A stretch of 64,000 nt of DNA. Origin: Candidatus Zhuqueibacterota bacterium (lineage in GTDB: Bacteria > Zhuqueibacterota > Zhuqueibacteria > Thermofontimicrobiales > Thermofontimicrobiaceae). The stretch spans positions 276,246 through 340,245 of the forward strand of contig JBMOPW010000007.1 of assembly GCA_049322915.1 (NCBI GenBank), in the 5' to 3' direction. The notes beneath the pieces are model-generated. The model was given only the letters and a program-made list of their open reading frames with translations, did no database searches and was not told the DNA's origin. The position numbers and the translations under genes are program-made. Shown here piece by piece: positions 57,863 to 64,000 of this stretch (position 1 is the stretch's first letter; each line of letters opens with the position of its first letter).

Positions 57863-59545
57863 TCACAACTCCCACTCCATGTGGCTGAATCGATGCACAG
57901 CCAGCATTGTCATGATGATGGCGATGATAGCGGACGCAATGAGCGCAACTCCAGCGGCCAGCAATTCGAGACTGGCAGTCGCCATCTCCAGGCTTTTGCC
58001 GATGTAAAAAAGCCCGACAGCGAATCCGCCTATGATGCCGATGAGCACCATCGATGAAATGGACATTAAAAAGGAGCCCGATTGTTTGATCATTCGTTTG
58101 GGGTGGTCCCACGAAAAATTGGCGAAGGACACTCCGAAAAATAGGCCATGGGCGGACAGGGCGCCTGAGATCGCCAGCGAGATCACCAGGGCTAACACGG
58201 TGATCCGGAAAGGGTGGTGAAAATAGATGCCGATTGTGATCACGGCGATCCAGGCCAACAGCGTGTTGAACAGAAATGCGACGAGAAGTTTGCCTGAGAG
58301 GAGCCTGAAAGGCGACTGCGGGAGCAACCTGGTAATCCAGAATGAACCGGCTTCGATGGGTATCAGTCGGGAACTGATTTGCGCTGCAATGATGGCGTTG
58401 AACAGGAAAATGAACATGTACGGGAAATACACGCTGAAAGCCGGGTCCATGTTCTCCGGGCGCTGAATGAGCGGGAAAACAATCATCATGGCGGTGAACA
58501 TCAGCAAATTGACCAACTGTCTGCTATCGCGGGTGAACAGCTTTGTGTCGCGAAGCAGCATGGACGCGGCCGGACCGGAGAAGAGAGTCTCCGCGAACGA
58601 ATGCCGGGTCGCGGGTTCCTGTTTCGCACGACTTTTCTTTTTAATAGTGACTGACTGGTTGTTGCTGATGAGGCCGTTTTTGAAGGCGGCCCGACTCAAT
58701 GCAATGCTGGCGTACACCATCAATGCGGTCAATGCCAGCAGCGGCAAAAAATTGTCCCGGATGAGCGCGAAATTCCCATGAGCAAATCCAGCGAGCGACT
58801 TTGCCGCCCAGGTCGAAGGCAGCAAATTGAGCCAGGCAGTGCGAGAGATGTGCTCCAGTCGCTCAATGGATTTGGGATTGAAATCCGAAGACGACCGATC
58901 GAATTGGGAGGCGCGAACGAGTTGCAACGCCAGCCAGATGCCCAGCGACACAGCCCCGAGCAGGATGCTCATAAATTCTTTGGCGCGCGCCGGCGGTATC
59001 AGCCGGATGACGAGGAGCGCGCCCAGGAAAGAGAGCGTAATGGGAGTCGCTAAAAAACAAAACGCGTTGATCAGCATGAGTGGATAATAGAGCCAACCTG
59101 CGTGATTCATCAGCCCGAAGGCGATGAACGTGGGCATGCCCAGGAAGAAGAAAAACGTGGAGTTGGCGAAAATAGCCTCGATCAATTTGAAGCTGAAAAT
59201 TGTCTGGTTGGAAATGGGCATCGTCATCAACAGCGGCAGGTCGCTGGAAATGAACAGGTAGTGGATGGAGATGGTGATACCGCTGGCGAAGAGAAAGATG
59301 AAAAATCCGAAAAAGATGACAGCCAGCGAATTGTTCATCAGCGTCATTCCCAAGCCGGAATCCTCTCCCAGGACGGTGAAGATTTCAAATATCCATTTAT
59401 AGATGAGAAAGAAAATGACGCATCCGCCGATGAGCGCCGCGAATTTCCGGAAGCGTTTCTTTGCCGGACCTCTGCGGAACCCGTTCAGCAGGATCGCGAA
59501 CTTGACGTTCAGGAGAAGGATAAGATGCTTCAGGCCCCGTGTCAT
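57863..59545 (-). CDS. Putative ABC-2-type exporter permease
   Basis: Many TM helices, SSDLPLLMTMPI, RD.KLF.RD; overlaps the ABC ATPase stop. Confidence 0.85.
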   Translation of the reverse strand: MTRGLKHLILLLNVKFAILLNGFRRGPAKKRFRKFAALIGGCVIFFLIYKWIFEIFTVLGEDSGLGMTLMNNSLAVIFFGFFIFLFASGITISIHYLFISSDLPLLMTMPISNQTIFSFKLIEAIFANSTFFFFLGMPTFIAFGLMNHAGWLYYPLMLINAFCFLATPITLSFLGALLVIRLIPPARAKEFMSILLGAVSLGIWLALQLVRASQFDRSSSDFNPKSIERLEHISRTAWLNLLPSTWAAKSLAGFAHGNFALIRDNFLPLLALTALMVYASIALSRAAFKNGLISNNQSVTIKKKSRAKQEPATRHSFAETLFSGPAASMLLRDTKLFTRDSRQLVNLLMFTAMMIVFPLIQRPENMDPAFSVYFPYMFIFLFNAIIAAQISSRLIPIEAGSFWITRLLPQSPFRLLSGKLLVAFLFNTLLAWIAVITIGIYFHHPFRITVLALVISLAISGALSAHGLFFGVSFANFSWDHPKRMIKQSGSFLMSISSMVLIGIIGGFAVGLFYIGKSLEMATASLELLAAGVALIASAIIAIIMTMLAVHRFSHMEWEL

Positions 59546-60300
59546 CGATCCTCCAGATATTTCAGGACTTCGTCGTATTCGCTGCCGCCGGTGATCTCCA
59601 GAAAAATCTCCTCGAGGCTCTTGTCTTTCTGTTTCGAATGGCGACGCATTTCTTCCATGGTGCCGCAGGCGATGATTTTCCCTTTATCGATGATCGCCAC
59701 CCGGTCGCACATGGCTTCAGCAATTTCGAGAATGTGGGTGGACATGAATACGGTGGCGCCTTTGTCCACCAGTCCGCGCAGGATATCTTTCAAATTGCGC
59801 GCACTCTTGGGATCCAGGCCCACAGTGGGTTCATCCAAAAATAGCACGCTGGGATCGTGGATGAGGGCGGCAGCCAGAATGGCCTTTTGTTTCATACCGT
59901 GAGAAAAATTTTGAATCAGATCGTCGAGTCGTTTCTCCAGGTCGAACAGCTCAATGAGATTGGTGAATCGCCGTTTGAATACCGCGCGGTCCACCTCATA
60001 CATATTGGCGATGAACTGGATGAATTCTTTCAGGGTGAGCTTTTCGTAGAGCACAGGCGTGTCCGGGACCAGTCCGAATAATCGTTTCGCTTCAATGGGC
60101 TGTTCGAATACATCATACCCCTGAATGGTCACGCTGCCGGAACTTGGTCTGATCAGGCCGGTCATCATTTTGATCGTGGTCGTCTTGCCGGCGCCATTGG
60201 GCCCGAGAAAGACGAAGAGCTCCTTCGACACAGTGAGATTCAGGTCGTCGACAGCAATGAGATTATCATAGGTTTTTGTGAGATGATCCGCAACGATCAC
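59542..60300 (-). CDS. ABC transporter ATP-binding protein
   Basis: GPNGAGKTT, FSHGMKQK, LFLDEPTVGLDP, STH. Confidence 0.95.
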   Translation of the reverse strand: MIVADHLTKTYDNLIAVDDLNLTVSKELFVFLGPNGAGKTTTIKMMTGLIRPSSGSVTIQGYDVFEQPIEAKRLFGLVPDTPVLYEKLTLKEFIQFIANMYEVDRAVFKRRFTNLIELFDLEKRLDDLIQNFSHGMKQKAILAAALIHDPSVLFLDEPTVGLDPKSARNLKDILRGLVDKGATVFMSTHILEIAEAMCDRVAIIDKGKIIACGTMEEMRRHSKQKDKSLEEIFLEITGGSEYDEVLKYLEDR

Positions 60301-60366
60301 AATCGCGCTCCTTTCGCAACCGGGAAAATCGACAGCAGTGAGTTTAGCTGACAGAATTGCTATATT

Positions 60367-62163
60367 TTAATCAACGCGCAGCACGGCTAAAAACGCTTCC
60401 TGCGGCACCTGAACGTGGCCCAACTGCTTCATGCGTTTCTTGCCTTCTTTCTGTTTCTCCAATAATTTCCGCTTTCGGGTGATATCGCCGCCGTAGCATT
60501 TGGCAGTCACGTTCTTTCTCATGGGCCGAATGGTTTCGCGGGCGATGATTTTGCTGCCGATGGCCGATTGAATCATCACTTCGAACATCTGGCGGGGAAT
60601 GATCTCCTTGAGTTTCTGGCAAATTTTCCGGCCCCAATCATACCCTTTGGAACGATGGACAATGATGGATAACGCATCCACCTGTTCTTTGTTGATGAGT
60701 ATATCCAGTTTGATCATGTCGCCTTTTATATAGTCCATGAATTCATAATCCAGAGACGCATATCCTTTGGAGACCGACTTCAATTTGTCATAGAAATCAT
60801 AAATGATTTCCGCCAGGGGGAATTCATAATGGAGGTCTGCCCGGTTGGGATCAATATAGTCGGTGTTGATGTAAACGCCGCGTTTGTCCTGAGCGATTTT
60901 CATGATATTGCCGATGAATTCGGTCGGCGTGAGGATGCTGGCTCTCACATACGGCTCTTCGATGATGTCAATATTGCCCTGGGGCGGAAGATTGACCGGA
61001 TTGTCCACCATGATCACTTCGCCGCTGGTCTTGGTCACGCGGAATTCCACGCTGGGAAGTGTGGTCACCAGGTTCAAATCGTATTCGCGCTCCAGCCGTT
61101 CCTGTACAATTTCCATGTGCAACAGGCCCAGGAAACCGCAGCGAAAACCGAAGCCCAGTGCGAGCGAATTTTCCGGCTCGTACATGAGCGAAGCGTCGTT
61201 CAGCTTGAGTCGCTCCAGCGCATCGCGCAGATCCTCGTAATCGTCATTGTCCGCCGGGAACAGGCTGCTGAAGACCATGGGTTTCACGTCCCGGTAGCCG
61301 GGCAGCGGTTTGGGCGCCGGATTGGCGACCGAGGTGATGGTATCCCCGACTTTTGTGTCCTTCACCTCTTTGGCGCCGGCGATGACATAGCCGACCTCGC
61401 CTACTGAGAGTTTATCGTGCGGTACATTTTTCAATCGGAGAATGCCCACCTCGGTGACGTCATAGGTTTTATTGTGTGCGAAGAACTTCACCGGCATGCC
61501 GGTTTTTATTTCTCCCTGAAAAATTCGAATATAGGCAACGGCGCCGCGATAGCTGTTGAACATGGAATCAAAAATCAACGCCTGCAGCGGGGCCGAGTTA
61601 TCTCCTTTGGGCGCGGGCACCCGATGGACAACAGCTTCCAGCACATCCTTGATGCCAATCCCGGCGCGGGCGCTGCACAGCACAATTTCATTTTCGTCCA
61701 CCCCCATTATTTCGACAATCTGATGTTTGACCAATTCCACCTGTGCGCTGGGCATATCGATTTTATTGATGACCGGGATAATTTCCAGATTGTTTTCCAG
61801 CGCCAGGTACAGGTTGCTGATGGTCTGAGCCTCAATCCCCTGAGACGCATCCACAACCAGCAGCGCGCCTTCGCACGCGGCCAGGCTTCGCGAAACTTCA
61901 TAGGAAAAATCAACGTGACCCGGCGTGTCGATGAGATTGAGAATATATTGCTTGCCATCCATTGCGCTGTAGTTCATGGTGATCGCGTGCGATTTGATCG
62001 TGATGCCGCGTTCACGTTCCAGATCCATGCTGTCCAAAATTTGATCCACCATCTCTTCTTTTTGAAACGTGCCGGTCACTTCCAGCAGCCGGTCGGCTAG
62101 TGTTGATTTTCCATGATCAATATGGGCGATGATGCAAAAATTTCTGATAAGTTCTGTTTTCAT
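60367..62163 (-). CDS. lepA: Elongation factor 4 (LepA)
   Basis: [67 protein letters not shown]. Confidence 0.98.
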   Translation of the reverse strand: MKTELIRNFCIIAHIDHGKSTLADRLLEVTGTFQKEEMVDQILDSMDLERERGITIKSHAITMNYSAMDGKQYILNLIDTPGHVDFSYEVSRSLAACEGALLVVDASQGIEAQTISNLYLALENNLEIIPVINKIDMPSAQVELVKHQIVEIMGVDENEIVLCSARAGIGIKDVLEAVVHRVPAPKGDNSAPLQALIFDSMFNSYRGAVAYIRIFQGEIKTGMPVKFFAHNKTYDVTEVGILRLKNVPHDKLSVGEVGYVIAGAKEVKDTKVGDTITSVANPAPKPLPGYRDVKPMVFSSLFPADNDDYEDLRDALERLKLNDASLMYEPENSLALGFGFRCGFLGLLHMEIVQERLEREYDLNLVTTLPSVEFRVTKTSGEVIMVDNPVNLPPQGNIDIIEEPYVRASILTPTEFIGNIMKIAQDKRGVYINTDYIDPNRADLHYEFPLAEIIYDFYDKLKSVSKGYASLDYEFMDYIKGDMIKLDILINKEQVDALSIIVHRSKGYDWGRKICQKLKEIIPRQMFEVMIQSAIGSKIIARETIRPMRKNVTAKCYGGDITRKRKLLEKQKEGKKRMKQLGHVQVPQEAFLAVLRVD

Positions 62164-62654
62164 ATAAAAAAAGCCTCGAATGTTCCGTGTAAAAAATTTA
62201 AAATTTAACGCAATCGGCTCGCTATTGTTTCGGAGGTTGCGCTGCTGAATTCAGCATGCCTCGATCAAAGACCGTAGTCCGTGCCTGGATTCTTTGTCCA
62301 TCAAACGAAAAAACATCAGGCATCCGGCTGGTGAAATTAAAACTGATAATTATATGAAATTTTTTATAATTAATCAACATAAAAATATTCCAAATTCGGC
62401 TGGCGCGGGGCAGGCGTCCGGAGCGGGCGCCGCATGGCAATTGTTCACGAGGGCGAGGGACGTCTGACTGTTGGCGAGGAGGCATCGCTGCCAGTGGTTC
62501 AACCAGATCGCCGGGCGATTTTGGGGCGGGTAGTCGTTCGAGTGCGCCGGTCAACAGTTTCAGGGAGAGAGGCGAGCGATGAAAAATCTGTCTATGAGTC
62601 GCGCCAGGGTGAGATTCAACGGAGCGTTGTCGTTTTGCGGTAGAGCGCCGATGT

Positions 62655-62690
62655 AAAAAGCCATAATGATTGCATCATCACAATGGCTTT
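62655..62690 (-). terminator. Probable intrinsic terminator after dedA
   Basis: AAAGCCAT/ATGGCTTT stem with a T-run on the minus strand. Confidence 0.55.
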
Positions 62691-62754
62691 GAAATACATC
62701 GGCCAAAAGCTCGATGTGAAGAAGATGTATCCGTGTCGGAGGCTGGTCGTCATA

Positions 62755-63426
62755 TCAGGCAATGTCGCGCACGCTCTTTCGTGAGCGGGATCGTTCTCTG
62801 AAAAACTCGATCACGCCCGGCAGCACGGAGATCAGGATGATCGCCACGATGACCAGGGAAAAATTTCGTTTCACAACCGGCAGGTTGCCGAAGAAATAGC
62901 CCCCAAGCGTGAACAGCAACACCCAGAGCAAGCCGCCAGCGACATTGAAAACAATGAACCTTCCGTAGGACATGGCTCCAACGCCGGCCACGAACGGCGC
63001 AAAAGTACGGATGATGGGGATGAACCGCGCGATGACGATGGTCTTGCCGCCGTGGCGTTCGTAGAATGCGTGGGTTTTTTCCAGGTATTCTTTCTTGAGA
63101 AAGCGAACGCTGCCGCTGAAGGCGCGCGGGCCGATATAGTTGCCGATCCAGTAATTGACCGTGTCGCCCAGAATCGCTGCGATGGATAATAGAATAAGGA
63201 GCTGTTCAACGCCAAGAGACCCCAGCGCGGCAAAGGTGCCGGCTGCAAACAGGAGCGAATCGCCTGGCAGGAACGGCGTGACAACCAGTCCTGTCTCACA
63301 GAAAATGATCACAAATAAAATGAGATAGGTCCACACGCCATAGTTGCTGATGATTTCGTTCAGATGTTTGTCCAGATGCAGAAACAGCTCGAATAATGAT
63401 TTGCCCAGTTCCAACAAGGCGTCCAT
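62755..63426 (-). CDS. dedA: DedA family membrane protein
   Basis: [43 protein letters not shown]. Confidence 0.96.
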   Translation of the reverse strand: MDALLELGKSLFELFLHLDKHLNEIISNYGVWTYLILFVIIFCETGLVVTPFLPGDSLLFAAGTFAALGSLGVEQLLILLSIAAILGDTVNYWIGNYIGPRAFSGSVRFLKKEYLEKTHAFYERHGGKTIVIARFIPIIRTFAPFVAGVGAMSYGRFIVFNVAGGLLWVLLFTLGGYFFGNLPVVKRNFSLVIVAIILISVLPGVIEFFRERSRSRKSVRDIA

Positions 63427-63622
63427 GTAGCCGGTTCCTTTAAGATAGAGTGAGGATTCAGAGAATTCGCTTTGTCAAACGTTCAACGCGAGCGCGGAGT
63501 TCCAATTGTTTAAAAATTGTGATGAAAAAAACGACCGCGGCGAGCGGGAATTCCCGGGTCCCAATACGTGAACGGCGATGGAGCGGCCGCCCCGTTTAGC
63601 GCCGAAATGACTAAAAAAAATC

Positions 63623-63651
63623 TTGATATTTATCGGTGAGATAAGTATAAT
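63623..63651 (+). promoter_or_regulatory. Sigma70 promoter TTGATA-N17-TATAAT
   Basis: Near-consensus, 80 bp upstream of ATG 63732. Confidence 0.7.
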
Positions 63652-63731
63652 ACAGCCGCGAAGTAATCGGGCTTTCTGGTGAATTCATCCGAACGATGTG
63701 GCGCAGCGTAACCTCATTCCATTTCATAAAT

Positions 63732-64000
63732 ATGGCTGACGAAAATAAAACCATCAGACTGGGCATTGTGACAGTCATTTTGAATGTTGCATTGATGGCT
63801 GTAAAAATTGCGACCGGCATTCTCGGCAACTCCTACGCCCTCATCGCCGATGGCATTGAATCGGCGACGGATATTTTTACTTCGCTCATCACCTGGGTAG
63901 GATTCCAGCTGTCGCTGCGTCCGCCTGATAGCAAGCATCCCTTCGGTCACGGCAAAATAGAGTCGTTGGCCGGAATTTTTTCAGGACTGGCGCTGTTCTT
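63732..64000 (+). CDS. Cation diffusion facilitator (FieF-like) transporter, truncated by the window end
   Basis: Manual translation (absent from the ORF track because there is no stop): MADENKTIRLGIVTVILN...GNSYALIADGIESATD...PPDSKHPFGHGKIESLAG. Confidence 0.9.
   Translation, partial: MADENKTIRLGIVTVILNVALMAVKIATGILGNSYALIADGIESATDIFTSLITWVGFQLSLRPPDSKHPFGHGKIESLAGIFSGLALF

Noticed and set aside
62164..62754. Possible ncRNA or small ORFs between lepA and dedA
   Set aside because: No tRNA, 6S, SRP or tmRNA hallmarks recognised; the ORFs look spurious.

Overview
Gene-dense chromosomal window from a Gram-negative bacterium with lipid A/heptose LPS genes. The T9SS-type sorting domain, PorP/SprF-like barrel and eukaryote/archaeal-type ProS suggest an FCB-group lineage outside Bacteroidota (e.g. 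KSB1/Calditrichota-like; inference only). The first ~32 kb looks like a surface-appendage and motility island, all on the + strand. It holds (i) a 5'-truncated hybrid sensor kinase; (ii) a type IV pilus/T2SS-like cluster (pilB, pilC, major pilin, three minor pilins, a 1102-aa pseudo-Hpt/acidic-linker/PilM/PilN fusion, pilO, pilP-like, secretin) with several MITE-like insertions; (iii) a 1527-aa Ig-repeat surface protein with a type-B-like T9SS C-terminal domain and a PorP/SprF-like partner, followed by an ExbB/TolQ-like subunit fused to two Ig domains, two ExbD/TolR subunits, a TonB-like protein and a secreted protein; (iv) a stand-alone cyanophycin-synthetase N-domain; and (v) two REC-DUF4388 pseudo-receivers (Asp->Glu) with degenerate MglA/CvnD-like GTPase domains. 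The adhesin/PorP/three-subunit-motor operon is the best candidate for an undescribed system. The remainder is mostly housekeeping: LPS genes, tsaC, an LMW phosphatase, two DUF3108 genes, peptidoglycan-recycling genes (GHL10 hydrolase, AmpG-like permease with a large insert, SpoIID/LytB), era, proS, hemW, lepB, an ABC exporter, lepA, dedA and a 3'-truncated CDF transporter. No rRNA, tRNA or CRISPR array was seen. All family assignments come from motif recognition by eye, not database searches.
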